The notes under the pieces were generated by a model. The model did not search any database, was not told the DNA's origin, and saw only the letters and a list, made by a program, of their open reading frames with translations. Shown here in pieces: positions 47,736-60,186 of a stretch of 64,000 bases of DNA. The translations under genes and the position numbers were made by a program. Source of the DNA: Plasmodiophora brassicae (lineage: Eukaryota); contig CP145410.1 in the NCBI GenBank assembly GCA_036867785.1, positions 186,001-250,000 of the forward strand, given 5' to 3'. Within the stretch, counting starts at the first letter, position 1; the number at the start of each line of letters is the position of its first letter.

Positions 47736-49374
47736 TCATGCGAACACCCGGGACGTCTTCATGAACTTGCGGTCGGGGTCGAGGCGCCTGCGAATGTCGA
47801 CGAAGCGGGCGAATCCGGGGAACATGGCGGCGGCGTACGCGGCGTCCTGGCCAACCCATCCAGTCTTGCCCCAGTGCAGGGCGGCGTTGCACGGCGGTGA
47901 CAGATAGATCTGGGTCAGCAGGTGGAACGCCGGCGACCTGTCCTGCGACGCGTCGTCCAGGCCGACGAACATCTTGGGGCCATCGTGCGACATGGCCAGG
48001 TACGCGTCCTCCTGCCCCAGGAACCGGATCGTGAACCCGGACAGGTTCGAGTCGCCCAGCGCGCGCCGAAGGTCGACCGCCGGGTCGTCCATCGCCTTCA
48101 TCACCGCCGCGTGGCACCGTGCCGCGTTCGCCAGCGGGACCGCCAGCTCCCACTGATGGTACTTGACGCCCGTGGAGATCAACGTGATATAAGTCGGCGT
48201 CGAATGGTAGATGCCTTGCGACGTGACGCAGTCCCCGGGGCACCAGAACGACTTCTCGATGCTCGCCTGGGCGAACGCCTCCCATGCGGCCGGGTCCGCC
48301 TTCATCACGGCCGGGATGACGCCGCCCGTCAGGCCGGGCAGGCCCAGGGCCTTGATCGCAGCGTTGAGCGCGGGCGGCAGGTCGCTGGCGCGGTCCAGCG
48401 GGTTCGTGTCACCTGGGGCGACGCCGGTCCCGTCCGGGCGCGCCAGCGTCCAGTTCGCCGGGTTCGCCGCGACGACGCCCGTCGACACCGACCGGATCGT
48501 CGAGAACCAGACGATGGTCTGGTGCTCGATGCCGTCGAACCACGGGTCGCTGATGTCGGTCGCCGACGCCTTCTCGAGGAACTCCATCAGCTGCCGCTCG
48601 GTCCACCGCTGGAGCGTCGTCCGGATCGGCGTGTCCCTGATGATGTCCAACGTGACGGTCACGAGGACGCCCAGGTTGCCGACGCTGATGGCGAACGCCT
48701 GCATCAGGTCGGGCTGTGCGTCGCGGTCGACGACGACGACGTTGCCGTCGGCGTTCACGACGTGCAGGCGGCGCACCGAGCTGGACAGCGACTTGGCGCG
48801 TATCGCCGACCCGTGCGTGCCGGTGGACACCAGGCCGCCGATCGTCTGGTCGACCAGGTTCGCGTACGTCTTCAGGCTGAACCCGTGCTCGTACAGGTAC
48901 CGCATCAGGTCGCGGCAGATCACGCCGGCCTCGACCGTCACCGTCATGCGCTGGGGGTCGATGCCGATGATCCTGTTCAACCGCTCCATGTAGATGGTGA
49001 CCTGACGCAGCCCTGTGCCTAACGCTGCCGACAGGATCGGGACGCGCTTCGACTTGCGGGACGGGCGGACGCAGGCGAACGGCGACCAGGAGTGACCGCG
49101 TCCGACGGCCGTCACCTTGTCGAACCGCCTGACGATCATCTGCACATCGGCCACCGACTTCGGGTACGCGTACGACGACAGGACCTCGCACTGCACTCGA
49201 ATGTCAGCCGTCCCGGGTCCCGTTGGTGCATCACGCGAGGTATACGCGAATGGATCCCGAATAGTTGTCCCAGTGGCCGGCCTTCGGGCGGATCAGCGAC
49301 CCGACGGGCGTCGTCGACCGGACGTCGTCGACGAGGACGCACCCGGCCAGAAGCAGGACGACCCAGATCCCCAT
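47736..49374 (-). CDS. Secreted FAD-linked aldonolactone oxidase (GULO/ALO-like), 2 exons
   Basis: Signal MGIWVVLLLAGC; VGRGHSWS, VTVEAG, QTIGGLVSTGTHGS, C-terminal LHWGK. Confidence 0.88.
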
Positions 49375-49651
49375 CTAGTTCGACGTGTTCGCTTTACGTA
49401 CCCGCTTCGAGCTATGGCGCCACGGGCAGGGGGGACCTCTACCTCTTCCGTTACGATATCTCACAGTGACGCCCTGTGTCGCAACACGTGTCACACGTCG
49501 GGTTGCTTCGCACCCACGTCGGGTGCTCCATGTGTACGAATGACTCGGGATCGTTCATCTCTGTGACCTGCGGGAGTCGTGTACGTACCTCCATTAGGCA
49601 TGCCGTCCCGAACGGCGTGCAAGTAGCCGGCGCTCTTACGAGTCCACACCG

Positions 49652-51105
49652 ATGCGCTCGCCCGTCCTGCTGCTGGCGATCGTCGTCCTTGCCGTCTCAT
49701 GGGCGAGCGCCCGTCGGCATCGTCGGCGCGATCGGGCGCCCGGCCACGGATGGGTGCCCGGCAATGGCCCCGCTGAGATCGCCGGCCAGCGTAGCGGGTA
49801 CGTGGACGTCTCCGACGGCGCCCATATGTTCTACTGGATGTTCGAGAGCCGTCGTCGCCCCGAATCCGACCCGTTGATCCTCTGGCTGACGGGTGGCCCT
49901 GGCTGTGCTTCCGAATTGTAAAATATGAACGTTTGTTGAGACATCCCTCACTGCGGGCGCTGACATGGTTCCCTCCACACACACATAGCGCCGTGTTCTA
50001 CGAGCTCGGGCCGTACCGTTTCCGGGAGGGCTCCGACGACGACTACGGAGCCGTCGAGATCAACGAGTTCGCCTGGAACGCGGTATCCAACCTGCTCTTC
50101 GTGGACCAGCCGCGTTCCACCGGCTTCAGCTGGGTCGACAACGATTCCGTCGACAGGTACGCCGACGGCGAACGCTCGATCGCCGACGACCTGTACGAAT
50201 TCCTGCTCGGGTTCCTGGTCGCCTACCCGGAATTCGCAGAGCGCGACCTGTACATCGCTGGGGAGTCGTACGCGGGCCACTATATCCCTGTGTTCGCCGC
50301 TCGGATCCTGGCCGGCAACGCCGACGACGCCATGCCGACGATCGCGCTGCAGGGTGTCGCCATCGGCAACCCATGGATCAGCCCGAGGCGCCAGTTCGAA
50401 TCGTTGCTGCCGTTCGCCACAGCGCACGACCTCGTTCGCGACGACCGGACGACGCGCGACCAGATGGCGTACCTGTCCAAGGCGTGCGCCGATCTGCTCA
50501 CCACGGAAGGTCGGACACAGGAGTCGCTGCTGACGTGCAGGACCCTGGAGCGGGAGCTGGTCCACGACCCGATGGTCAGGTCGCGCGCGTTCAACTACTA
50601 CGACGTGCGCCTCGACTGCCTGGACGGCCACCCGCAATGCTACGATTTCACGAAGCTCGGCAAGCTGATGGAAGACCCGGAGACGCGCCGCCAGCTGGGC
50701 GTCCGACAGAGGAGTACGCCCTGGCAGACGTGCAGCGAGGACGTCAAGGAGCACCTTGGGCTCGACACGCTCCTGCACTGCGACGTCTTCCTGCCCAGGT
50801 TGCTTGATAGCGGCGTTCGCGTCATGATCTACACAGGCGTCTACGACATGCTCTGCAACCATATCGGGACGGACGCCTGGGCCCACCAGATGCAGTGGCC
50901 GGGCCAAGACGCGTTCGGGAGCCGCCCATGGTCGGGTTGGTATGTGGGCGGCGACCTGGCCGGCCGGTTCAAACAGCACTCGGGCCTGACGCTCGTCGAA
51001 GTGTACGACGCAGGCCACATGGTCCCGATGGATCAGCCGCGCCACGCCCTGGACATGATCTCGGCGTTCATCGGCGATGGGCGCCTGCGGTCGTCGCTTC
51101 AGTGA
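49652..51105 (+). CDS. Serine carboxypeptidase (S10), secreted, 2 exons
   Basis: [36 protein letters not shown]. Confidence 0.93.
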
Positions 51106-51204
51106 ATACAGACGGATTCCGGGGGGTCGGAGGTCACTCCCTCAGCGTGTGTGACGACGCCATGGGCTGACAGACCCGCCTGGGGACGTGGTCGAGTGTT
51201 GCCC

Positions 51205-52878
51205 ATGTTCGGCACAGCGACCTGGTCGCAGCTGAACGCCAATGTCGCCCTGATCCTCGTCTTCAACCTGTTGTGGTCGGCGACCCGGACGCTCTGGGAG
51301 ACGGGCAATATCAGCGCACTGATCTTCCTGCTGGAGGACAGGTGCGATGTCTCCCGTCCCACTCTCCAGCGCTGACGACGCGCGCGCGCCCACCTGCCTA
51401 GGCACAAGTCCTATGTCGGGTTTGCGGCCAGCGTCGAAGGCATCACCCAGCTGGTGGTGGCGATCCCGGGGGGCATGCTGGCCGACCGTTGGCGACGCGA
51501 TACCGTCCTGCGCCTGGCGGCCTGCCTGTCCGTTGCCAGCCTCCTGTTCACCGCCTACGCCGTCCACGCCTGTGTACGTCCCAATGCGTCTACCGACCTG
51601 CGACTGGCCGAGTATCAAAGCGAACCGCCGGCAGGATCTGACACTCGTCTACATGGCAATGGCGGCGTGGGGCGCGTCGTACGCCCTAAACGACGCGCCA
51701 ATGGAAGCACTGTTCGCCGACTCGACGCCGACGGTACGTGCGCGTATGCCGTTGGCGTTGACGGATCCGATCGTGACGCTCAGCGGCAGGGCCTGCGCGC
51801 CGACATATTCGTCGCCAAGTTCGTGCTGATGCAGGTCGGACGAGGAATCGGGTCGGCCGTCATTGCCCTGCTGTTCCTCGTGTTCGGCGATGTCTGGGAG
51901 ATCCACGAGCTGCAGCAGGTCCTGTACGTGGGCCTGGCCTTGACAGTGATCCCGGCCGTCATGCAGGCCTTCGTCAGCGACGACCGAAGCCTGAACGCAG
52001 AAAGCGAGGTGATTCGTTCGTCATCATGTTATGCGTCCACCCTGGGCCCATTGGTGATTGCCAGGCGACGCTCTCGGCAGGCAGCGTTCCACTGCTGTCG
52101 GCAGGAACGAAAGGGCATAGTAATATCGTCGACCCGCCCAGGCTGGATCGATGGGTTGTCACCTTCGTTCCAGCAACCCTGGCAATCAGTGACCTGATGA
52201 CGGCGCTCGGTAAGGAGGGGGCGTCGATGCCCGATGCAGGGGATGCTGACGACGGGGGGGCTGAGTAGGCGCCGGTGCAACCGTGAAGTTCTTCCCCTTG
52301 TTCTTCATCGAGGAGTTCGACATGAAGCCGGTCGAGATCGGCGTCATCTTCGCGATCACGCCCTTCGCCTGTTCGCTGTCATCGCTAGGGTCGGCGTGGG
52401 TCGCACGACGGTTCGGTCGGATCAACGCCATCATCATTGCGCACATGACGGGCACCGTCCTGCTGGTCGTGTTCGCTGCCTGTACAACTGTTCGTATCGA
52501 CCATGGGCGCGAGGTCCCTCCTGTGAACGAACCCACTTACGCGCGTAGGTGACGCTGGCCGTCTTCGTGTTCATCCTACGAGCGGCGACGATGAACTCGT
52601 TCAAGCCGTTGAAGCGGTCGGTCCTGATGGATATCATCCCGAAGAAGTCCAGGGGTACATGGAACAGCCTCGAATCGGTCACGATCTTCTCCTGGACGGG
52701 GTCGGCCGCCATCGGCGGCATCGTCGTCGACCAATGGGGTTACCGGACCTGCTTCCTCGCGACGGCCGCCCTGTACGCCATCTCATGCCTGCCCATCATG
52801 GCGCTGTCCTACTGGAACCTCGACCGGCACCTCGACATCTCCAAACCGGCTGCTGCAGATCCCATCGCCGAACCCTGA
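51205..52878 (+). CDS. Major facilitator superfamily transporter, multi-exon
   Basis: Multiple hydrophobic helices; GMLADRWRR, EALFADS, ARRFGRI, SVLMDIIPKKSRGTW. Confidence 0.8.
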
Positions 52879-53130
52879 TCACCCATAAACTATGGAGAGC
52901 GGCAGCCCTCGTTCCAAGATAGTAAACTGAGGCCTGCGTACGAACTGCCGCTGCGGGCGTTGTGCCGCCGGGTTCACCACGAACACGGGCAGCAGCTTGA
53001 CTGATGAACGTTCGTTCCTCCTTCCAAAAACGTTCATGGGCCGCCTTCAGTACAGCGCGGCGCCGCCGGCATCGTCAGGTCACATTCAGGATGCCTTTTT
53101 GACGTGCGGCCGTCGTTTTTCGTTTTGAGC

Positions 53131-54264
53131 ATGACGGCGGGGAGCGGATGGCGTCTGATCGTCGTGGCGGTTGCGGCGGTCGTTGTCGTCGATGCCCGAC
53201 GGGACTTCGTGGTGTCGTCCGTGGATGCCGATCAGCATACGGCGATGGTGCTTGCGGACGGCACCACCGACCGGATCGGCAGCCTTGCCGATATCGGCGG
53301 GCGTATCGCGTCGTGGTTTGCCGTGGATGACGGGGCGACCGTCGATCTGTTGCGAAAGCGCCCGTCGTCGGTGCTGGTGGTGATTGTGTCGGGCGCGTCC
53401 CCCGAGATGGCCCTACCCAGACTCAATATGGCTGGGAAATCTCAGTTTCCCGTCGACGACCTGCCACAACCTCGCGACCTGCTCTCCATCATGCGTGCGG
53501 CGCTGAATTCGGCCCCGTTCTCCATCGCCGACGTCATCAGACGTTCCTTCACCGGCGAGCACGTTGTCGCCGTCTCTGACTCGGAAGCGGCCTGTGCAAT
53601 CTTGGGAGGATGCGCGTCGACGACTGCATCCAGCGATCTCTCTGAAACGTATCCTGATCTCGTTGATATGCTCCAGAAGCTCGACCGTGAATCCGATGCT
53701 GTTCGGGCATTCGTTTCTGAGCTGACGATGATGGATGAAGCATTGCGGCGCCCTGCTCCGTCCCCATCCCTGGTCGTGTTGCCCATCGCATCGCTTGAAA
53801 AGGTCCAGCGTCAGGTCGGCATTTGGTCGAAGCAGACCGACGCCTGCTTGGCGATTATCGATTACCTAGTCGCTCACTGGATTGCTGGCCGCACGTCCAT
53901 CGTCCTGCTTGCACCTCCTGCTGATTTGGCGTATCTCGGGCCGCACGTCCACGCTGCTGTTCGCCACCTAACCGGTTCAGATCACGCCCACTTCCCGATT
54001 GTCACACTGAGCGACGATACCGATCCTGATACGCTTAGCAGCAAGCTGGGCGACAAGGTTCGTGTCCGACCAGCCTCATCATCGTCGCGTGTTACGGACG
54101 GCACGGAACCCAACCCAGGTCTATACCAAATCGTCCTGTGGACCAGCGTCCTTCTTGTTGTCCTCGTCCTCGTATCCCTTTGCAGCCTGTGCTCAGATAA
54201 CACCCGCCGTGACACTCTGCTATACTCCAAGTTCAACCCCAGCTGGGACAAGAAAACTCGTTGA
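53131..54264 (+). CDS. Type I membrane protein, ATP6AP2/(pro)renin-receptor-like V-ATPase accessory protein
   Basis: Signal peptide; C-terminal YQIVLWTSVLL transmembrane helix followed by RDTLLYSKF. Confidence 0.6.
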   Translation: MTAGSGWRLIVVAVAAVVVVDARRDFVVSSVDADQHTAMVLADGTTDRIGSLADIGGRIASWFAVDDGATVDLLRKRPSSVLVVIVSGASPEMALPRLNMAGKSQFPVDDLPQPRDLLSIMRAALNSAPFSIADVIRRSFTGEHVVAVSDSEAACAILGGCASTTASSDLSETYPDLVDMLQKLDRESDAVRAFVSELTMMDEALRRPAPSPSLVVLPIASLEKVQRQVGIWSKQTDACLAIIDYLVAHWIAGRTSIVLLAPPADLAYLGPHVHAAVRHLTGSDHAHFPIVTLSDDTDPDTLSSKLGDKVRVRPASSSSRVTDGTEPNPGLYQIVLWTSVLLVVLVLVSLCSLCSDNTRRDTLLYSKFNPSWDKKTR

Positions 54265-54583
54265 GAAGTACATTGTTAGGTCGCGTGCGACCGGATGGGT
54301 GGATTGTATTTGGCACGTAGGTGCGGCCTGGTATAGCCATGCAACAGCAGGCCTACATAGATGGTCGTCGGTGTCGTCGCGAACAAACTTCTGGAACGAA
54401 GCCGCACCGCTGACGGGCACTGGCAGCTGCCGCTGGTTTCCAGAGCGGCGCCCGCGCTGCTGGGAAAATATCCCCGATGGGGTCCCGTGCCGCTGGACCG
54501 GTGAATCACTGAACCTGACCGCCGTCCGGGCCGACGCAACATTCAGAACGCAGGAGGCGTCGGACGCGATAGCCTGCTGGTAA

Positions 54584-56001
54584 ATGGTGGCGCACGGAGC
54601 CTCTCGCAAGAAGCAGCAGCCGTCGCTGCGGCGCGCCGCAGCGACGGCCGACACGGACGACGTCGAGTCGCTGTTCAGCGACATCAGCGAGTACATCCCG
54701 GAGGCGACATCCGCAGAGGCGTCCGCTGACCTCCTCACGCAGGCGCTCGACGACATCGCCGGTCGTCGCGCGTCGACCCGCCTCGACGGCCTGAAGTCGC
54801 TGAATCGGCAGCTCGCGCTGCACGTTCACGATGCGTTTCTGATGCAAACCCTGCCGTCCCTGCAGCCGTTACTGATCGGGTGCCTGCGTCACGCGACGTC
54901 GGACGACGAGGTCTGCCAGGCCGCGCACGCCGTCGAGCTGATCGCAATGTCGGTCGGAACGGATGGCGACGAGTTCCTGAACGCCGTCATCCCAGTCTTG
55001 AAACGGATGTGCCTTCGTGGCAGGAACGGGGCAGTCCAGAGCGCTGCGATCCGCGCCGTAGCCGTTGCTGTGGTCATCAGCGTCCAGCACGCCGATGAAC
55101 TTCGCAGCTGGATCAGCTTCATGTCCAAGCTGGTTCGTCGTGCCAACGCGGACGTGGCAACGGCCGCGTTGGACGCGTGGGCGTTGCTGGTGACGCAGCT
55201 GCCGACAAAGGACATCGCTGGTCCGGTTCGAGAACGGTACTTGAAGACTTTGATGGCGCTCCTGCACAGCAGTTCGGTGGAGGTGCGGTCGGCGGCTGGA
55301 GAAGCACTGGCGCTGGTCATCGAAGCAGATTGGCTGGGCAGACGTGCGGCGGACGACGACAGCGAAGACGCGTCGTCGGGCAAGGAGGTCTATTCAGACG
55401 CTGAGCAAGGCGACGACGAGGAAGATTTCAGCGAAGATGACGACGAGTCCGATGATGTTGAGGAGAACGTCGATGATCAGGATTTGCTGTCCGATGAAGA
55501 CGTAGACGAGGACGAGTTGCCGGAGGTCCTGGAGGTATTGGCAACCGATGGCACAAGGTCGCGCGGCCGCAAAGAGCGCTCCATGCAACGATCCGTGTTC
55601 CGGTCGGTGCTTGCGACGGTGACAGACGGCGTCCTGCCCAGGACCGCTCTGAAAATCGGCACCCAGAAAGTCAAGTTCGGAACGTGGCGCGATCTGATCC
55701 GACTGTCGACAGTCCGACAAGTCCTTGCCGAGGGCTTTCACAGGCATATCTCCAGCAACGATCTCGTGCGGGACGTCCTGGCCATCACGCCAAGGGAATC
55801 CGTCTTGGTCGGAAAAGCGTCTCGCAAGGTAAAGCGGTGGCGATAGTTAGGCCCCAAGTGGTCATCCTAACCGGTGTTTGGTAGGGCCCCGAGCCGTCCG
55901 CAAAGGGGATGAGCCAGGCGACAACGAAGATCCGTCACGAAATGATGAAGGCGAGCCGATCGGTCAAGCACCAACTGAAGTTCGCACACGAAGATAAATG
56001 A
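54584..56001 (+). CDS. IFRD (interferon-related developmental regulator) family protein, 2 exons
   Basis: AALDAWALLVT, VRSAAGEALALV, KERSMQRSVFRSVL, VLAEGFHRHISSNDLVRDVL. Confidence 0.82.
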
Positions 56002-56337
56002 TTAATGGCGATACGTCTTGGTATCTGGCTGGCTGGCTTTAGCCGCCGGGAACGCGGATTCTACAAGCAGCTGTTCTGCAAAACCACCCTGACTGGTCGC
56101 CGCGTCGCCCGACCTCGTCCGTCGATTGACGCCGCCCGATCCGAATCCCAGTCGCGAATCTATTTGCGGAGGCGCTGCGAGGTGCTCTCGCCAGTGTAAC
56201 GTCGGTCAAACCGTGTCCGTGGCGAGGTACGCCTGCTGCTGAGTGATGATTGGCCGACGCGTCGGAATTGTAGCAAAGTGGGCGGATCGATCACAACCGT
56301 CCATTTTCGAAAGCAACCACGAAGCAACGTGAGCAGT

Positions 56338-57008
56338 ATGGATCGGGTTACATTCCAGGCAGTAGGCGTCGTTGCGATCGTGGCGATTGCTGGCGCAGTT
56401 GAGGCTCTGCAGGTGACGCAGGCCAGCTTGGTAAGCGCCGTCCGTGTGGTCCACGCTGCACCAACGAACACCATGTTTCAGGGGTCATCGATGGGGTCAT
56501 TCATGGAGGCGGCGACCACCAACTTGATGCTTCGTATAACAAAGCACCTGGGGGCGAATCACTGCGTGAACAATCTCGTGGACTACAGTTCAGCAAGGTC
56601 GGAACCTGGCAGACATTCTGAACTGTGCTCCACTGATGCGCCCGACCAATGATCCAGCTTCTCTGAAATGTTCTCGAACTGCCTAACGTTGTGTCAAACG
56701 GAGTCGGACTGCGTTCGGCATTGCCTGACGTCGCAGGAGGTATCACCGGGGTGCGCGACTTGTTTCTGCAACCTGCTGGAATGCAATCAGCGTATCTGCC
56801 GTGACGCCTGCACATCTGGCAGTTCGGAAAGGTGACTATGCCGCTGAACCTGGGCTCGCCATCGTAAATGCCCATTACGTGCCCCAGATGTCTAAAATGC
56901 CTGAATCTGCACTGCCTCCCAAAGTTCCGTTTCTGCTCTGGTCTCGTATATGTTGGACCCGGTGCTGACTCGGCAAATACGAATAACAATGACCTCCACA
57001 AAGTTTAA
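56338..57008 (+). CDS. Small secreted cysteine-rich protein, 3 exons (56338-56597, 56658-56831, 56888-57008), 184 aa
   Basis: Signal peptide; GT-AG introns of 60 and 56 nt keep the frame; 15 Cys including SPGCATCFC...C..C...HC...FCSG. Confidence 0.8.
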
Positions 57009-57213
57009 CGGGACAGCAAATGAGGCGCAATAACTTAACCTTTCACCATCAGCACATGGCAGATTCTCTGGTCGAACGGAGAGCCACTCAATCCTAATAC
57101 ATCCGTCGTATAGACGTCATTCCAGTGCCACATGCCGAGAGTGGAACGCACTTCCGCCGCGGAGTCCGTCGCGGAATCCATTGCGCGTCGTCGACTGCGA
57201 CACGAGTGGCAGG

Positions 57214-58518
57214 ATGGAGAGCGTTGCGAAATATGACTTGACGGCCGCGATTGCAGCGAACCTGGACCCCCACATGGTGATTCCGCTGCTGGATTTCGCT
57301 GAGTCCCTTTCGACGTTCTCGCCAGAGTCCATTGCGCGAGCGCGACTGCAGGTTCTTGAGTCGACGCAGATGGTGGACTTCTACAATGAGGTTTACCAGG
57401 AGGCATTCGGCGACGATAAACCACACGATGGCATGGCGATCAAGCCCCGAGATGTTGTCGTCGCGAAGTACGCGGAGCTGCATGCCGAATGCAAACCTCT
57501 GCTGGATGTGATCGACCAGAAGAAGGGCGACGCTCGCGAACGCCATGCCGTCAGCCCGACATCGCTGAGCGTTCAGTATGGCATTACCGATGCACACATT
57601 GAGGCATTGTACTCCTACTCCAAGTTCATGTTCGACTGTGGCCGGTACCAGGACGCCGCCGAGTACCTGTACTTCTATCGTATCCTCAGCCGGAACGAAG
57701 AGCGGTGCTTCCAGGCGCTATGGGGACAGCTGGCTGCCGACATCCTGTTGACGCACTGGGACGATGCCCTTGTTGGTTTGAACCAGCTCAGCGACTCGAT
57801 CGAGCAAATGACGTCGATGCCGCAACTGGACCAGCTCAAGTACCGGACGTGGCTGATCCACTGGGGGCTGTTTATCTTCTTCAACCACGAGAATGGGCGC
57901 AGCAGCTTGATTGAGTTCCTGAACAAGGAACGCTACCTGAACACGGTGCAGACCGCCTGCCCGCATATCCTAAGGTACCTGACGACGGCCGTCATCATCA
58001 ACAGGCGTCGGCACAGCGCTCTGAACGACCTCATCAAGCTCGTTTCCAAGCTGTCGTACATATACTCGGACCCGGTCACACAGTTCCTGCAGTCGCTGTA
58101 CATGGACTACGATTTCGAGACAGCGTACCAGAAGCTGATCGAGTCGGAGGCCGTCCTGTCTGCCGACTTCTTCCTCAACTACATCAAGGATGAGTTCGTC
58201 GAGAGCGCACGCCTGTTCTACTTCGAGACGTACTTCCGCGCCCACCAGACGATATCGATCGCCAAGGTCGCCGACGCGCTGCGTACGTCGAACGACGAGG
58301 CGGAACGATGGATAGTCGACCTGATCCGAGGGCTCGGCCTCGATGCGCGAATCGATTCCAATTCCGACTATGTCGTCATGAACAAGAGCTACCCGTCCAT
58401 CTACCAGAACATCATCGACAAGACGAAGAGCCTGACCTTCCGAACGCACCAGCTCGTCGGCGTTGTCGACGTGAAGCTTCAGGCCTCGCGTCGCCTCAAC
58501 AACCCCACCGTCGTATAA
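57214..58518 (+). CDS. EIF3E: Translation initiation factor 3 subunit E
   Basis: YDLT..IAANLDPHMVIPLL, ALWGQLAADIL, RTWLIHWGLF, QTACPHILRYL. Confidence 0.95.
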   Translation: MESVAKYDLTAAIAANLDPHMVIPLLDFAESLSTFSPESIARARLQVLESTQMVDFYNEVYQEAFGDDKPHDGMAIKPRDVVVAKYAELHAECKPLLDVIDQKKGDARERHAVSPTSLSVQYGITDAHIEALYSYSKFMFDCGRYQDAAEYLYFYRILSRNEERCFQALWGQLAADILLTHWDDALVGLNQLSDSIEQMTSMPQLDQLKYRTWLIHWGLFIFFNHENGRSSLIEFLNKERYLNTVQTACPHILRYLTTAVIINRRRHSALNDLIKLVSKLSYIYSDPVTQFLQSLYMDYDFETAYQKLIESEAVLSADFFLNYIKDEFVESARLFYFETYFRAHQTISIAKVADALRTSNDEAERWIVDLIRGLGLDARIDSNSDYVVMNKSYPSIYQNIIDKTKSLTFRTHQLVGVVDVKLQASRRLNNPTVV

Positions 58519-58623
58519 GAGGTTGACCCAAACATCGGAAACCTGACGTATAAACGCCTTTTAGACCGTGATGCGTCGAAAGCAATCGTTGCCGTGTGTT
58601 GTGACTTAGTCGGGCACTGTCAG

Positions 58624-59190
58624 TCATCGACGTCGCCGTTTCACGTTCAAGTTGGCGGGCCTCTCCATTGGCCGACGGGCAACAGCGCTCTGGAGTTCGC
58701 CCTGATTCTCAGGCAACGGATGCCCCAGAGCGACTTCTCGGCGCACCCAACCGTGAATGGCTTGGACGGTCGCGAACTGGCGCATCATCAGGTTGACATC
58801 GGACACCTCGACGGCGCTGGCCAGTGCAATTCGCGCCTTCTCGTCTTTCGACAGGGCATCCATATGCTCGCGCTCGCCTGCCGTCATCGAATCCATGATC
58901 TTGAGCAGGGTAGCCGTCTCCTTCACGCCGACTTGGCCGCTAGCGCCAGGCATGTACGATCGCCACCCGGTCGCGCCCGACTTCTTCGCCTGCTTCGCAA
59001 TCGTGTCGTAGAACACCTGGAACGTGAACCTCTCCTGCTTCGACATAAACTCCATCTGCTCCTTGAACATCTTCTCCTGCGTGTCCTGCGTCTTCTTCAC
59101 CGTCCAGTTCGTCAAGGTCTCCTTCAGCGACATGGCGCGCGCCTGGAACCTCGCCCGCTGCACGAACCGGGCGCCTATCGACGACATCAT
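58624..59190 (-). CDS. Stand-alone SRP54/Ffh M-domain protein with a mitochondrial-type presequence
   Basis: FTF.., KIMDSMTAGERE, KARIALASAVEVSDVNLMMRQF; no NG GTPase domain; Arg-rich N-terminus. Confidence 0.72.
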   Translation of the reverse strand: MMSSIGARFVQRARFQARAMSLKETLTNWTVKKTQDTQEKMFKEQMEFMSKQERFTFQVFYDTIAKQAKKSGATGWRSYMPGASGQVGVKETATLLKIMDSMTAGEREHMDALSKDEKARIALASAVEVSDVNLMMRQFATVQAIHGWVRREVALGHPLPENQGELQSAVARRPMERPANLNVKRRRR

Positions 59191-59293
59191 CGTCAAAACG
59201 CCTCAGCGCATTTCCACTCCGGGCCAACAATAACTTCGTCGACTGCTGCTTGACAGCGGATGCTGCGACACCTTCCATCGCCGAGACTGCAGT

Positions 59294-59767
59294 TTACTGA
59301 CGGCGGATGGCGCACTTGCCCATTGCTACAGTCAGCTGCCTGGCGGTGGCAGCACCCCATTTCTTGAAAGCGGTTTTGCCGCGTCGCATGAATGCAGGGG
59401 GGTTCGGGGCGGACAGGCGCTTGAGCTTTTTGACCATCGGGCACCAGTCCGCCCATGTCTCCACGAGCGCCAGGTCGCGCACGCGACACCAGACCAGGTA
59501 GTCGATTCCGACGTCTTCGTACGTCTCGGGCTGACGCATTCCTCGGAACTCGTAGGGGGCGACAGCGTCCCCAAGGTAGCTGGAGATCGACGTAAGCCGG
59601 ACGTTGGCGACCTCGAAGTCCACTTCGTCGTCCAGCCCGCTTGAGTACATGGCCGTTTCGTGAATGATCCCCGTGGCGGTCTCTAGGAACCGCTGCGCCC
59701 CACAGTATATCTTCACGCGGTCGCCAGCCTTGAAAACATATCCTTCATACGGCGACGACGATGACAT
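59294..59767 (-). CDS. Hypothetical protein
   Basis: Uninterrupted ORF with coding-like codon bias; no family recognised; start uncertain. Confidence 0.45.
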   Translation of the reverse strand: MSSSSPYEGYVFKAGDRVKIYCGAQRFLETATGIIHETAMYSSGLDDEVDFEVANVRLTSISSYLGDAVAPYEFRGMRQPETYEDVGIDYLVWCRVRDLALVETWADWCPMVKKLKRLSAPNPPAFMRRGKTAFKKWGAATARQLTVAMGKCAIRRQ

Positions 59768-60186
59768 CGAATTGCGCCCATATATACGAGGACATGCCGA
59801 CGCCTGCACCACGGGCACGCGGCGTGGGGGACTGTCACCCGGCTTTTCCTCGTTCTTGCCATTCTCCATTGTCGACTGTACCTCCGAACGCAACGGACCG
59901 TGCATGGTTCACACCGGCCGAACCTAAATGTATCGCAATACTGCATGTGGCCGATCTAGACGCCCGTTGTTAAACAGCGGGAACCTGGACACTCGCATTC
60001 CACATGTGGCTACCGCGTACCTATGTAGCACTGGAGTGCATCAATGCCGACAACCACGGCGCTCTGCAGACAGACGGTTTAAAGTTTAAACCGCAATCGC
60101 CAATCGGGAGCCAAAATCAGGGTCGGCCAGGACCGATTTTTGTGACGGTGTCGGCTGTCGGGGTGTGCTGTCCCGTTGTTTGCCCC

